Assembly (NCBI GenBank): GCA_965214605.1
Contig: OZ243961.1
Span: forward strand, 3,232,001-3,296,000
Direction of reading: 5' to 3'
DNA: 64,000 nt
DNA from: an uncultured Candidatus Binatia bacterium
GTDB lineage: Bacteria > Desulfobacterota > Binatia > Bin18
A program made the position numbers and the translations under genes. This document shows, one piece after another, positions 18,306-29,031 of this stretch. Under the pieces are notes generated by a model. It was given only the letters and a program-made list of their open reading frames with translations, searched no databases and was not told the origin of the DNA. Position 1 is the stretch's first letter. Each line of letters begins with the position of its first letter.

Positions 18306-19649
18306 TTAGGTGTGGCGTTTGAGGCGTTTTGCTCGCTCGTCCATCTGTTCCCGAATTCTCTTCTCATGGCCTCTGGCGCTGGGTTGGTAATAACGCCGAT
18401 CGGTCAGGGCGTCGGGCAAATGTTGCTGATCGATAACGGCATCGGCATAGTCGTGAGCGTACTGATAGCCCTTGCCGTAGCCGAGGCTCTGCATCAGTGT
18501 GGTCGGGGCGTTGCGCAGGTGCAGCGGCACAGGGAGGGAACCGTGCTGTTTGACGTCGCCAAGCGCGGCCATCATCGCTGCATACGAGGCGTTCGATTTT
18601 GGTGCGGTAGCCAGATAGGTGGCGGCTTGGGCGAGCGGGATGCGGGCCTCGGGCAGACCGACAAAATGCACCGCGTCTTTTACCGCAACGGCCAAGGAGA
18701 GAGCCTGCGGGGCGGCGTTGCCGATGTCCTCGGCGGCAAAGATGACCATCCGTCGGACAATGAAGAGCGGGTCTTCGCCGGCCTCCAGCATGCGCATCAG
18801 CCAGTACACGGCCGCATCCGGATCGCTTCCCCGCAGGCTTTTGATAAATGCCGAAATGACATTGTAGTGCCCTTCGCCGCTCTTATCGTAGCGCAGCGCT
18901 TTGTGCTGGGCGGCTTCTTCGACCAGACTCAGATTGAGCCGGCTGAGCCGCTTCTGCACGGCTAGACCGGCCGCCACTTCGAGGCTGCCGAGCGCAATCC
19001 GGGCGTCGCCCTGACCGTGCTGGACCAGAAAGTCGACACTCGCCTCATCGGCGCTCAGGCCGAGCGTGCCTAGGCCGCGCTCAGTGTCGTGCAGAGCGCG
19101 GTTCAGAATGGTCTTCAACTCGTCCGGGCCGAGCGCCTCAAGCACCAGCACCCGGGTGCGGGACAGCAACGGCGGGATCAACTCAAACGAGGGGTTTTCG
19201 GTTGTCGCGCCTAGCAGGATGATCAGACCCTGTTCGACGTGGGGCAGAAACGCGTCTTGTTGAGCTTTGTTAAAGCGGTGGATTTCATCCACAAACAGAA
19301 CGGTCGGAGTGCCGTGGTGCTGTTGCTGCTGCTGGGCCTGGCCGAGAATCTGGCGCAGCTCCTTAACCCCCGACAACACGGCCGAAAACGACGCAAACGG
19401 CGCGCCGACCGCCCTGACGAGGAGATCGGCGAGGCTTGTCTTCCCGCTGCCCGGTGGGCCCCACAGAATCAGTGACGAGAGGCTGCGGCGTTCGATCATC
19501 TGGCGCAGCAAGCGACCCGGACCGAGCAGGTGAGCCTGGCCCACGTACTCGTCAAGGGTGTGGGGGCGCATCCGTTCGGCCAGAGGGGCTTTTTCGGCCG
19601 CCGCCTTTGCGGCACTATGAGCAAACAGATCTGGGGGCTGAGTCGGCAT
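18306..19649 (-). CDS. rarA: Replication-associated recombination protein A
   Basis: PLAERMRP, GPPGSGKT, DEIHRFNKAQQD, GATTENPSF, SAFIKSLRGSDPD; start re-called to ATG 19649. Confidence 0.96.
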   Translation of the reverse strand: MPTQPPDLFAHSAAKAAAEKAPLAERMRPHTLDEYVGQAHLLGPGRLLRQMIERRSLSSLILWGPPGSGKTSLADLLVRAVGAPFASFSAVLSGVKELRQILGQAQQQQQHHGTPTVLFVDEIHRFNKAQQDAFLPHVEQGLIILLGATTENPSFELIPPLLSRTRVLVLEALGPDELKTILNRALHDTERGLGTLGLSADEASVDFLVQHGQGDARIALGSLEVAAGLAVQKRLSRLNLSLVEEAAQHKALRYDKSGEGHYNVISAFIKSLRGSDPDAAVYWLMRMLEAGEDPLFIVRRMVIFAAEDIGNAAPQALSLAVAVKDAVHFVGLPEARIPLAQAATYLATAPKSNASYAAMMAALGDVKQHGSLPVPLHLRNAPTTLMQSLGYGKGYQYAHDYADAVIDQQHLPDALTDRRYYQPSARGHEKRIREQMDERAKRLKRHT

Positions 19650-19728
19650 AGCGATCTCATTATACGCCAGGCGAACAGAAAAACAGGTAGGGGCACCCCT
19701 GTTCGGCGGACACGAGGCCGCGACGGAT

Positions 19729-20595
19729 ATGCAAAACATTGGGAAAAACATCGGGCTGGTCATAAAACGCAACCAGCCGGAAGTCGCCGCTCTGGGCCGT
19801 AAGGTGGTAGCCTGGCTTCAGCAACACGGCAAGACCATTTGGGCCGAAGACAACACCAGTCACGAGATCGGTCTCAGTCGGGGCTGGCGTAAGGTCGAAA
19901 TCATGGAACACGCCGACCTCACCATTGTGCTCGGCGGCGACGGGACGCTGCTGAGCGTTGCCCGGCGGACCAATCAGCGTGAGGTCCCTATCCTCGGGGT
20001 CAATCTGGGTGATCTGGGTTTTCTGACCGAAACAACGACCGATGAACTCCTGGCCACCCTGGAGCGGGTGTTGGCGGGAGACTTTGAGGTCGAGCGTCGT
20101 AGCTTATTACAAACAACGCTGACCCGTGACAACGAACCGGTCGGCGTGTTCCAGGTCCTTAACGACGTGGTGATTAACAAAGGCGCGCTGGCCCGCATCC
20201 TCGACCTCGAAACCTGGGTCGGTCAGCAATATTTGTGCACCTACAAAGCTGACGGCCTGATCGTTGCCACACCGACCGGTTCGACCGCCTATTCCCTATC
20301 GGCAGGCGGCCCAATTATTGACCCAGCCGTTGGGGTAGTCGTCCTGACCCCAATCTGTCCCCACACCCTCACCAACCGGCCGATTATTCTGTCCGACCAA
20401 ACCGATATCCACGTCATCCTGCAAACCGCGGAAGAAGATGTCATCATGACTCTGGACGGCCAAGAGGGCTACCCACTCAAGGGTGGCGATCGAGTCAGCA
20501 TTACACGCTCTGACATGACCGTGTCCTTGATCAAGTCTCCCCATCGGACCTATTTTGACGTGCTCCGCAACAAGCTGCGCTGGGGCGAGCGGTAG
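19729..20595 (+). CDS. nadK: NAD(+) kinase
   Basis: GGDGTLL, GVNLGDLGFL, LNDVV, TPTGSTAYSLSAGGP. Confidence 0.96.
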   Translation: MQNIGKNIGLVIKRNQPEVAALGRKVVAWLQQHGKTIWAEDNTSHEIGLSRGWRKVEIMEHADLTIVLGGDGTLLSVARRTNQREVPILGVNLGDLGFLTETTTDELLATLERVLAGDFEVERRSLLQTTLTRDNEPVGVFQVLNDVVINKGALARILDLETWVGQQYLCTYKADGLIVATPTGSTAYSLSAGGPIIDPAVGVVVLTPICPHTLTNRPIILSDQTDIHVILQTAEEDVIMTLDGQEGYPLKGGDRVSITRSDMTVSLIKSPHRTYFDVLRNKLRWGER

Positions 20596-20673
20596 GGAGC
20601 CCCTCGTGTGGTCGCCCGGAGGTCTGCCCCTAGGGGCGGCTGTGGCCAGAGCTGAGCACACCGCGATCCGCCC

Positions 20674-22215
20674 CTACGCGCGTAGCCTCAGGCGTTTCAT
20701 CAAACGCGATAAGTTTGACTGGGCCAGGCCGAGCCGCCGGGCGGCTTCGGTTTGATTCCCGCCCGTTTGCTCCAAGATGCGTTGCACGCGCAGGCGTTTG
20801 AATTCTACAACCGCTGCGGACAGCGACAGATTGTCGTCCGGCGGGCCGGTCTGCGGCTTTCCGCTGGGCGACTCGTGGCTTGAGGAGCGAATCTCGACCG
20901 GCAGGTCGGCGATGCTCACGTCCGGACCGACAGTCAACACCACCGCCCGCTCAATCGCGTTTTGCAATTCGCGCACATTGCCCGGCCAGGGGTAGGCTTG
21001 CAGGACCGCTAGGACGCCTGGCTCTAGGCCAAGCTGAGGGCGTTTCATCTCCCGGCAGATGCGTTCGAGAAAATGGTTCACTAGGATGGGAAGGTCAGCC
21101 TTCCGATCACGCAGGGCGGGCAGGGTCATCGACACAACGTTGAGCCGGTAGTACAAATCCTTCCGAAAACCGCCGGTCTGCATGGCCTGGTGGAGGTCGC
21201 GGTTGGTGGCGGCTAGAATCCGGACATCGACCCGAATCTCACGCGTCCCTCCCAGCCGCTGAAATTCGCGCTCTTGGAGGACGCGCAGCAACTTGACCTG
21301 AAGGGTGGGTGCCAGGTCACCGATTTCGTCCAAGAAAATAGTCCCTCCGTCGGCCAGCTCAAACTTGCCTTTTTTCTGGCTGGTCGCCCCGGTAAACGCG
21401 CCCCGCTCATGGCCGAACAGCTCATTCTCAAGCAGCTCGGGCGACAGTGCCGTGCAGTTGATCGCAATAAACGGATGGTCAGCGCGCGGGCTCCACTGGT
21501 GGATGGCCCGGGCTAGTACTTCTTTGCCAGTGCCGCTCTCACCCAACAGCAAGACGGTCGAAGGCGTGGCTGCAGTGGCTCGGGCCAGCCGCAGAACTTC
21601 TCCCATGCTGCTACTCGGGCCGGCAATCAGATGATAGCGATCCTGAATGATCTCTTGAAAGGCGACTTTCGCGTTGCGGACTGTGGTAAAAGCCCTGGCC
21701 TGGGTCAGAGCGGTGGCGGCCAAGCCGCCAAACGCCAACAAGAGTTCTACATCGGCCCGGCTAAATCCGTCGGCCTTGGTGGTGTTGAGGGCCTCAATCA
21801 CACCGATGATCCGGTCGCGCTGTTTGAGCGGCACACACAGGACTGACTTGGTATGAAAGCCCGTCTTCTGATCCACCCCGTCAAACCAGCGGGGATCTGT
21901 GGATACATCATTACTGACCAGCGGCTGGCCGGTCTGGGCCACCCGACCGGCAATGCCCTGGCCAAGGTCAATACGAAATTCTTCGACCTTGGCTTCGCCC
22001 TCCATGGCGGTGAAGGCCAGCTGTCCGGCGTCCTCATCAACCAGACCTAGACTGCAACCCTGGGCCGAGAAGAGGCGAATAGCCGAGCCAAGAATCGCTC
22101 TGAGCAGGTCCTCAGCTTCGACCGTGCTCATCAGCAGTTGGCTGATTTCAATCAGGCTGGCCAAACGGGCTCGGGTTTGGGAAAAATCGTCCTGTTCCTC
22201 TTGGCTATGAGACAT
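20674..22215 (-). CDS. Sigma-54-dependent enhancer-binding protein (GAF - AAA+ - Fis HTH)
   Basis: [46 protein letters not shown]; N-terminal GAF domain. Confidence 0.95.
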   Translation of the reverse strand: MSHSQEEQDDFSQTRARLASLIEISQLLMSTVEAEDLLRAILGSAIRLFSAQGCSLGLVDEDAGQLAFTAMEGEAKVEEFRIDLGQGIAGRVAQTGQPLVSNDVSTDPRWFDGVDQKTGFHTKSVLCVPLKQRDRIIGVIEALNTTKADGFSRADVELLLAFGGLAATALTQARAFTTVRNAKVAFQEIIQDRYHLIAGPSSSMGEVLRLARATAATPSTVLLLGESGTGKEVLARAIHQWSPRADHPFIAINCTALSPELLENELFGHERGAFTGATSQKKGKFELADGGTIFLDEIGDLAPTLQVKLLRVLQEREFQRLGGTREIRVDVRILAATNRDLHQAMQTGGFRKDLYYRLNVVSMTLPALRDRKADLPILVNHFLERICREMKRPQLGLEPGVLAVLQAYPWPGNVRELQNAIERAVVLTVGPDVSIADLPVEIRSSSHESPSGKPQTGPPDDNLSLSAAVVEFKRLRVQRILEQTGGNQTEAARRLGLAQSNLSRLMKRLRLRA

Positions 22216-22314
22216 GCTGTCTTTATGTCACGTTGATAACTTTTTGCCAAACTGACAAATAATCGTTTCCCCGGTTCTATTCGCCCATGGTCTGAGATAT
22301 ATGGCCTAAGAAGC

Positions 22315-25068
22315 ATGGAACGCGTGTATGGTCTGATCGTGGACAGACCGAAGCTGATCCTGAGCCTGATTCTGCTTTTGACCGGCTTTTTTGGCTGGTC
22401 TGCGCGGCACATTCAACTCGACAGCTCGGTTGAGAGTCTGTTACCAAGCGACAATACCGACTCGCAGTATTATGCCGAGATTCGCCAACTGTTCGGCAGC
22501 GACGAGATCGGGGTGGTGGGCATTATTGCCGACACCATCTACACCCCGCAAACGCTACAAAAAATCGTCCGCTTGAGCAACCAGATCAAGGCCATTGAAG
22601 GCGTGGATGACGTGATTAGCCTGGCCAATGCGGTTGATCCCATTGCCAATGTGACCGATCCGCCGCTGTTGATGCCCCGGATTCCGAGCACCCCGGCTGA
22701 GCTGGCAGCCCTGAGAGACACACTGGCCGACCGGCCGATTTATCTCAAAAATTTGGTGGCACCCGACGGCCGGGCCGCAGCCATTAACATCGTTTTTGCC
22801 GACATGAACGACGACGAGTTCTTACGGCTGGGGATTGATGACAAAGTCGTCGCCCTGATCGACCAGGAGAGCGGTCCTGAGCACGTGTATTATACCGGTT
22901 TGCCCCACCTCAAGGTCTACTCGACAACGGGGATGCAGCAAGACCTGGCCCGCTTTGTACCCCTGACCCTGGTGTTCATCGTCGTCGTCTTATCCCTCAG
23001 CTTTCGCTCCAAGCGGGGGGTCGTGCTGCCGGTGTTGACGGTGGTGATCAGCCTGACCTGGACGCTGGGCATTATTGTGCTGAGCGGCAATCGCCTGAGC
23101 CTGGGCAGTATGGCACTGCCGCCGCTCCTGCTAGTGCTCGGTACCGCCTACTCGCTTCACGTAGTGGCCGAGTACTACGAGCTGGCCGCTCCCAACCGCA
23201 GCGCCCGCGAGGTGGTGTTAGAGACCTTGCGCTTAACCGGCCCAGCGATCTTTCTGACTGCCCTAACCACAGTGCTCGGGTTTTTGTCCCTGTCGATCAA
23301 CTCTATTGTCAGCATCCAACACATGGGGCTGTTCTCGGCCGTCGGCATTACGCTGACCTACGGTCTGTCGCTGCTGCTGGTGCCGGCCGGGCTGGTCCTG
23401 CTACCCCTGCCCGGCGGCGGTGAGTCTCGGCCCGGCGCGCACTTGGCGGGCGTCAGCGCTGCCCTGCGCCGTCTGTGTTATTTTGATATTCACTACCGCC
23501 GGCTCATTCTCATCCTGGGCGGGCTGATTGCCGTGGTGTCAGTGTGGCAGACGGCTTCTATTCAGGTTGACTCTAACTTTCAGTCTTTTTTTCGACCCGA
23601 CGACCCCATTCGCCGAGCCACCGACGCCATCAATGAGCATCTGGTCGGCAGCATGGCGTTTTACGTGGCTATTGACGGCGACGGACCGAACAGCATCAAC
23701 CGCTGGGATACGCTGCGGCGTATTAAAGATTTACAGCTGTATATTGACGCCCAGCCAGGCGTGGATAAGACGGTGTCCTTTGTCGACTACTGTGAGCTGC
23801 TCGACCGCGGCGCCCAGTCCGGCGGTGAGGGCGACATCATGGTCTCGCCCGAGGGGGAGATTATCCAAGCCCCGGCAACCGGCGCCCAGACCACGTTTTG
23901 GGACAAGCCTGAGCAGCTAAGAGGCGTGTTGCAGCTCGTTACCCTCAGCCCGAGCAGTTTTGAACGGGTCGTCAACATCGACTTTTCGCGGACAAATATC
24001 CTGGTCCGCACCACCCTGTCGCAGTCGACCGATATCATGGCCCTGGTCGAGCAGATTGAGACCTTCGCCCTCAATACCTTTCCGCCCCAGCTCAGCGTCC
24101 GCGCCACCGGCAACCTGGTGCTGTTGACCAAGACCACCGGTGACATTGTTTCCGGCCAGGTCCAGAGCCTCGCCCTAGCCGCGGCGGTGATCTTTGTGAT
24201 TATGGCCGGCATGTTTTTGTCGGTCCGGGTTGGCCTCATCGCTATGATCCCCAACCTGTTTCCCATCCTAGTTTTCTTCGGCCTGATGGGCCTATCGGGT
24301 GCAGTCCTGAACCTCGGCACCAGCATCGTGGCCTCAATTGCGCTCGGCATTGCGGTCGATAACACGATCCACTTCATGACCCGCCTGAGTGCCGAGGTTC
24401 GCAACACCTCTGAGCAACAGCAGGCCCTGCTGGCGACCCTGGCCACGATCGGCAAGCCGGCCGTGTTCGCCACCATTATTTTATTTCTCGGCTTTGCGGT
24501 GCTGGGATTTTCACGTTTCGTGCCGATTCAGGAGTTCGGCATCCTGTCCGCTATCACCATGGGTGCCGCCCTAGTCGGCGATCTGGTGTTGCTGCCGGCC
24601 ATGATCGCAACGACCAAGATCATTTCGGTCTGGGAGCTGCTCCACCTCAAGTTGGGCCAGGACCCGCATAAAACAATTCCGCTGTTTGCCGGGCTCCGTC
24701 CCTTTCAGGCCAAGTTGGTCACCCTCATGGGCGAACTGAAAACTTTTCCGCGTGGCCAGCCGATTATTCGACGTGGAGAAATGGGCAATGAGATGTTTGT
24801 CCTGGTCAAGGGCACGGCCGACGTCTATGTCCACACCAACGGCGACAAGAGGCACGTGCGGGTCCACGGCCGGGGAGACGTCTTTGGCGAGATGGGTTTG
24901 ATTCGCCGCCGTGAACGCACGGCCGACGTGATTGCGGCTGAGGAGGTCGAGGCGATTGTGGTTGATGAGCGCTTTTTGTCCTACATGCAGCGCCGCTATC
25001 CGCGCACTGGAGCCAAGATCTTTCTGAATATTGCCAAAATTCTGAGTGACCGTTTGCAAGATTCTTAG
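22315..25068 (+). CDS. MMPL/RND family exporter with C-terminal cyclic-nucleotide-binding domain
   Basis: Two TM/periplasmic repeats, GIAVDNTIHF; C-terminal IIRRGEMGNEMFVLVKG...FGEMGLIRRRERTADV. Confidence 0.9.
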   Translation: MERVYGLIVDRPKLILSLILLLTGFFGWSARHIQLDSSVESLLPSDNTDSQYYAEIRQLFGSDEIGVVGIIADTIYTPQTLQKIVRLSNQIKAIEGVDDVISLANAVDPIANVTDPPLLMPRIPSTPAELAALRDTLADRPIYLKNLVAPDGRAAAINIVFADMNDDEFLRLGIDDKVVALIDQESGPEHVYYTGLPHLKVYSTTGMQQDLARFVPLTLVFIVVVLSLSFRSKRGVVLPVLTVVISLTWTLGIIVLSGNRLSLGSMALPPLLLVLGTAYSLHVVAEYYELAAPNRSAREVVLETLRLTGPAIFLTALTTVLGFLSLSINSIVSIQHMGLFSAVGITLTYGLSLLLVPAGLVLLPLPGGGESRPGAHLAGVSAALRRLCYFDIHYRRLILILGGLIAVVSVWQTASIQVDSNFQSFFRPDDPIRRATDAINEHLVGSMAFYVAIDGDGPNSINRWDTLRRIKDLQLYIDAQPGVDKTVSFVDYCELLDRGAQSGGEGDIMVSPEGEIIQAPATGAQTTFWDKPEQLRGVLQLVTLSPSSFERVVNIDFSRTNILVRTTLSQSTDIMALVEQIETFALNTFPPQLSVRATGNLVLLTKTTGDIVSGQVQSLALAAAVIFVIMAGMFLSVRVGLIAMIPNLFPILVFFGLMGLSGAVLNLGTSIVASIALGIAVDNTIHFMTRLSAEVRNTSEQQQALLATLATIGKPAVFATIILFLGFAVLGFSRFVPIQEFGILSAITMGAALVGDLVLLPAMIATTKIISVWELLHLKLGQDPHKTIPLFAGLRPFQAKLVTLMGELKTFPRGQPIIRRGEMGNEMFVLVKGTADVYVHTNGDKRHVRVHGRGDVFGEMGLIRRRERTADVIAAEEVEAIVVDERFLSYMQRRYPRTGAKIFLNIAKILSDRLQDS

Positions 25069-25091
25069 CTCAGACGGCTGGTCAGAGACTC

Positions 25092-26822
25092 ATGCTGCGT
25101 TCTTTGCACATTACGAATTTCGCCCTGATTGACGAGTTAGAGCTGTCCTTTGAGCGAGGGCTGAACGTCATCACCGGTGAGACCGGGGCGGGCAAAAGTC
25201 TGTTGATGCAAGCGCTCAGCCTAGCGGTTGGTGGGCGGGCCTCGGCCGAACTCGTCCGCCACAAAGCCCAAGAGGCGGTAGTTGAGGCGCTGTTTGATAT
25301 TCACGACTATCCGGACCCCCGGATCTTTCGCCTGTTAGAAGACGGCGGCTATCCGGCCGATGAAGAGATCCTGATCCGTCGGGTGATTCCCCATACCGGC
25401 CGCGGGCGGGTGTACTGCAACGGCGCCCTGACCACCGTTAGCCTGCTCCGCCGGTTGGGCGTCGAGTTGCTCCAGGTGCACGGCCAGCACGAGCAGCAGA
25501 GCCTCCTCGAAGCCGAGGCGACCCAAACTGTGCTGGACGGCTTTGCCGGGCTCGGCCCGCGTCTAGCCGAGATGCGGCAGCGCTCGGACCTGCTGCGCCA
25601 GATGTGGACGCGACTGCAAGCGCTGACCGAGGGTCGCCAGGAGCGTGAAGCCCGGCGTGAGCTGCTCCAGTTTCAGATTGACGAAATCGACCGGGCCAAG
25701 CTGCGGGTCGGAGAAGAGGAAAGGCTGCGTCAGGAGAAGACCGTACTGCTGCACGCCGAAAAGCTGCAACAGGGCGTAGGGGATGGGGAAAACGCCCTGG
25801 CCTCTGGGGAAGACGCCCTGACCGACCGTCTGGGCCGCATCCTGAGCCAGCTCCAGGACTGCGCCCGACTTGATGACAGTCTGTCTGAGGTGATTGATCT
25901 GTTACACAGTGGCCTGGCTCACCTCGAAGAGGCCGCACTGGGACTGCACAGATACGGCCAGCGGCTAGCTCCCGATCCCGAGCGGCTGGAAGAAATCGAC
26001 TCCCGGCTAGCCGTGCTGTCACGGCTCACAAAGAAGTACGGCGCTGGCGTGGAGACGATCTTGGCCCGCTACCAGCAGCTGAGCCAGGAGTTAGCCGGTC
26101 TGGACGGAGATGAAGAGAGCCTGACTGCCCTAGCGCAGGAGGTAGAAAGCGCGGCCGATGCCGCCTGGCAATCGGCGTATGAGCTGTCCGAAGCGCGTCG
26201 TAACGCGGCCCGGACATTAGAAGCCCGGATGCAGGATGAGCTAGCCGGTCTAGGTATGGTCGGTGCAAGCTTCAGCGTACGCTTTCAGGCCGGACCGGAC
26301 AGCTCACCAGATGTTCAGAATCCGAACAATCCGTTTGCGCGCGGTCAGGCGCGCCTCGGCCACGCCGGCTGTGATCGACTCGAATTTTTCCTATCGGCCA
26401 ATCCTGGCGAGCCCGCGTTGCCCCTGGTCAAAATCGCCTCTGGCGGTGAGCTCTCGCGTCTGATGCTGGCCCTCAAGGCGTTAAGCGTTGAGGTCAAAGA
26501 AGCCCCGACTCTGATTTTTGATGAGGTTGACGCTGGGGTGGGGGGCGGCGTAGCCGAGGTCCTTGGGCGGCGCCTCAAATCTCTGGCGGCCCAGCGTCAG
26601 GTCTTGTGTATCACTCATCTGCCCCAGATTGCGGCCTTTGCCGAGCACGCCTACACCGTGATCAAAACCGTTACCAAGGGCCGGACCGTGTCCTCGGTAA
26701 AAAGTCTCACTCAACGTGAACGCCTCGACGAACTCGCCCGGATGCTGGGCGGGCTGGAGATCTCTGCTGAGGCCAAACGGCACGCCCGTGAGATGCTGGA
26801 CCGGGCACACAAACAGGGCTAG
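25092..26822 (+). CDS. recN: DNA repair protein RecN
   Basis: TGETGAGKS, HGQHEQQ, ASGGELSR, FDEVDAGVGG, ITHLPQIAA. Confidence 0.97.
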   Translation: MLRSLHITNFALIDELELSFERGLNVITGETGAGKSLLMQALSLAVGGRASAELVRHKAQEAVVEALFDIHDYPDPRIFRLLEDGGYPADEEILIRRVIPHTGRGRVYCNGALTTVSLLRRLGVELLQVHGQHEQQSLLEAEATQTVLDGFAGLGPRLAEMRQRSDLLRQMWTRLQALTEGRQEREARRELLQFQIDEIDRAKLRVGEEERLRQEKTVLLHAEKLQQGVGDGENALASGEDALTDRLGRILSQLQDCARLDDSLSEVIDLLHSGLAHLEEAALGLHRYGQRLAPDPERLEEIDSRLAVLSRLTKKYGAGVETILARYQQLSQELAGLDGDEESLTALAQEVESAADAAWQSAYELSEARRNAARTLEARMQDELAGLGMVGASFSVRFQAGPDSSPDVQNPNNPFARGQARLGHAGCDRLEFFLSANPGEPALPLVKIASGGELSRLMLALKALSVEVKEAPTLIFDEVDAGVGGGVAEVLGRRLKSLAAQRQVLCITHLPQIAAFAEHAYTVIKTVTKGRTVSSVKSLTQRERLDELARMLGGLEISAEAKRHAREMLDRAHKQG

Positions 26823-26965
26823 AGGGGTCCCGATTTTCTAGAAGTTCCCCCTTGCTTTTACACAATAATACGGCCAATAGAGTACAAAAGAATGGAAACG
26901 GGGGGAGCTGTTGTAGGGCTCTGGTCCTGGGACGGGGCGAAAAGCGAGGACATGAGGATTCATCT

Positions 26966-27976
26966 ATGGACAAAGATCTGATGCTATCGCTGTATCGGGA
27001 TATGGTTCGTATTCGCCGTTTTGAAGAGGAGGCGGCGCGCTCGTATTCACGGGGCAAGATGGGTGGGTTTCTGCACCTCTACGTAGGGCAGGAAGCGGTG
27101 GCGGTCGGCGCTATGTCGGCGGTCGAGCCGACCGATTACATTGTGGCCACCTACCGAGAGCACGGCCACTATCTGGCCCGGGTCGGAGATATGAAGGCGG
27201 CTATGGCCGAGCTGTTTGGCAAGGCCACCGGCTGTGCCAAGGGCCGGGGCGGCTCTATGCACTATTTTGACGTGAACAAACGCTTTATGGGCGGGCACGC
27301 GATCGTGGGCGGGCACGTACCAATTGCGGCCGGCATTGCGTTTGCGTCCAAGTATCGCGGTGAGCAAGACGTAACGCTGTGTTTCTTTGGCGAGGGCACG
27401 GCCAATATGGGCGCGTTTCATGAGGGTATGGCGCTGGCCGCGCTGTGGAAGCTGCCCGTTGTTTTTATCTGCGAGAACAATCTGTACTCCATGGGCACGC
27501 CGCTGTACCGGACCTTGGCAGTCGAAGACGTGGCGGTGCGGGCCAAGGGCTATCCGATGCAGCAGGAAATTGCCAACGGCGACGACGTGTTAGAAGTCCG
27601 GGACGTTGTCCGTCGGGCTGTTCAGCGCGCCCGGACCGAGAGTCTGCCGATCCTGGTTGAGGCCAAGACCTATCGGTTCCGGGGCCACTCCATGTCCGAC
27701 CCGGCGAAATACCGTACCAAAGAAGAGGTCGATGAGTGGAAGAAGCGCGACCCCATCTTTCTGTTGGAGCAGCGTATCTTCGGTCTCGGCATAGCTACCG
27801 AGGAGCAGCTGAGGGCGATTGACGACGAAGCCAAACAAGAGGTCGTCGAGGCGGTCGCCTTTGCCGATGAGTCACCCTGGCCCGATCCGTCCGAGCTGTA
27901 CGACTACGTGTACGCCGAAGCCCAGTCGGACGATAAGATTATCTCCTTACCAAATCGGGCTCGCCAGGCCAGCTAG
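26966..27976 (+). CDS. pdhA: Pyruvate dehydrogenase E1 alpha subunit
   Basis: GFLHLYVGQEA, GRGGSMH, CENNLYSMGT, TYRFRGHSMSDP; start re-called to ATG 26966. Confidence 0.95.
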   Translation: MDKDLMLSLYRDMVRIRRFEEEAARSYSRGKMGGFLHLYVGQEAVAVGAMSAVEPTDYIVATYREHGHYLARVGDMKAAMAELFGKATGCAKGRGGSMHYFDVNKRFMGGHAIVGGHVPIAAGIAFASKYRGEQDVTLCFFGEGTANMGAFHEGMALAALWKLPVVFICENNLYSMGTPLYRTLAVEDVAVRAKGYPMQQEIANGDDVLEVRDVVRRAVQRARTESLPILVEAKTYRFRGHSMSDPAKYRTKEEVDEWKKRDPIFLLEQRIFGLGIATEEQLRAIDDEAKQEVVEAVAFADESPWPDPSELYDYVYAEAQSDDKIISLPNRARQAS

Positions 27977-28013
27977 CGGTCAGGCTGGGTGGGCGCTCTT
28001 CAGGAGCGATGTT

Positions 28014-28994
28014 ATGCGTGAAATAAGCTATCGGGAGGCCGTCCGCGAAGCGATGGCCGAGGAGATGGAACGCGACGAACGCGTGTTCCTGATGGGCGAA
28101 GAGGTCGGGCATTACAACGGGGCGTACAAAGTCTCTGAGGGTTTGCTAGACCGCTTTGGCGAGCGTCGGGTGGTCGATTCTCCGATTGCCGAGGCTGGCT
28201 TTGCCGGGGTGGGGATCGGGGCGGCGATGGTCGGTCTACGGCCGATCATTGAGTTCATGACCTGGAATTTTTCGCTGTGCGCCTATGACCAGATTGTCAA
28301 CAATGCGGCCAAGCTGCGTTACATGTCCGGGGGGCAGCTATCCCTGCCGATTGTCTTTCGCGGACCGGGCGGGGCTGCCCATCAGCTAGCCGCACAGCAC
28401 TCTCAGGTCGTTGAGAGTCTGTACTCCTACGTTCCCGGTCTAAAAGTCATGGCTCCCTCAACCCCGTCCGACGCTAAGGGCCTGCTCAAGTCGGCCATTC
28501 GGGACAACAATCCCACTATTTTTATTGAGGGCGAGATCCTATACGGCCGTAAAGGCGTGGTTGAGGACAACGACTCCCTGATTCCGATTGGCAAGGCCGA
28601 TATCAAACGCGAAGGCACGGACGTCACGCTCGTGGCCTGGTCAAAGATGGTCTATGTCGCTCTTGAGGCCGCTGGCGAGTTGGCTAAACAAAGCATACAG
28701 GTCGAGGTGATCGACCCCCGCACCATGCGTCCCTTAGACGACGCCATGCTGATACGCTCGGTCAAGAAAACCAACCGCTGTGTGATCGTCGAAGAAGGCT
28801 GGCCGGTGGCCGGCTTTGGAGCTGAAATCTCGCACCGGATCACGCAGGACGCCTTTGACTTCCTAGACGCGCCGGTCGTCCGGGTGACCGGGGAAGACGT
28901 GCCCATGCCCTACGCCAAGAATTTAGAGGAGTTGGTGATTCCGAGTGTCAAGAAGGTCGTTGAGGCGGCGCGAAGCGTCATGTACCGGAAATGA
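28014..28994 (+). CDS. pdhB: Pyruvate dehydrogenase E1 beta subunit
   Basis: GEEVGHYNGAYKVS, EFMTWNFS, AAQHSQ, PMPYAKNLE; start re-called to ATG 28014. Confidence 0.95.
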   Translation: MREISYREAVREAMAEEMERDERVFLMGEEVGHYNGAYKVSEGLLDRFGERRVVDSPIAEAGFAGVGIGAAMVGLRPIIEFMTWNFSLCAYDQIVNNAAKLRYMSGGQLSLPIVFRGPGGAAHQLAAQHSQVVESLYSYVPGLKVMAPSTPSDAKGLLKSAIRDNNPTIFIEGEILYGRKGVVEDNDSLIPIGKADIKREGTDVTLVAWSKMVYVALEAAGELAKQSIQVEVIDPRTMRPLDDAMLIRSVKKTNRCVIVEEGWPVAGFGAEISHRITQDAFDFLDAPVVRVTGEDVPMPYAKNLEELVIPSVKKVVEAARSVMYRK

Positions 28995-29031
28995 GGCAGA
29001 ACGCAGGGCCACACCTCTACTTCAAAAGCCT

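Noticed and set aside
22216-22314. Sigma-54 -24/-12 promoter between the activator and the MMPL gene
   Set aside because: Best candidate (minus strand TTGGCAAAAAGTTATC) has GG-N10-TC rather than GG-N10-GC; none found on the plus strand
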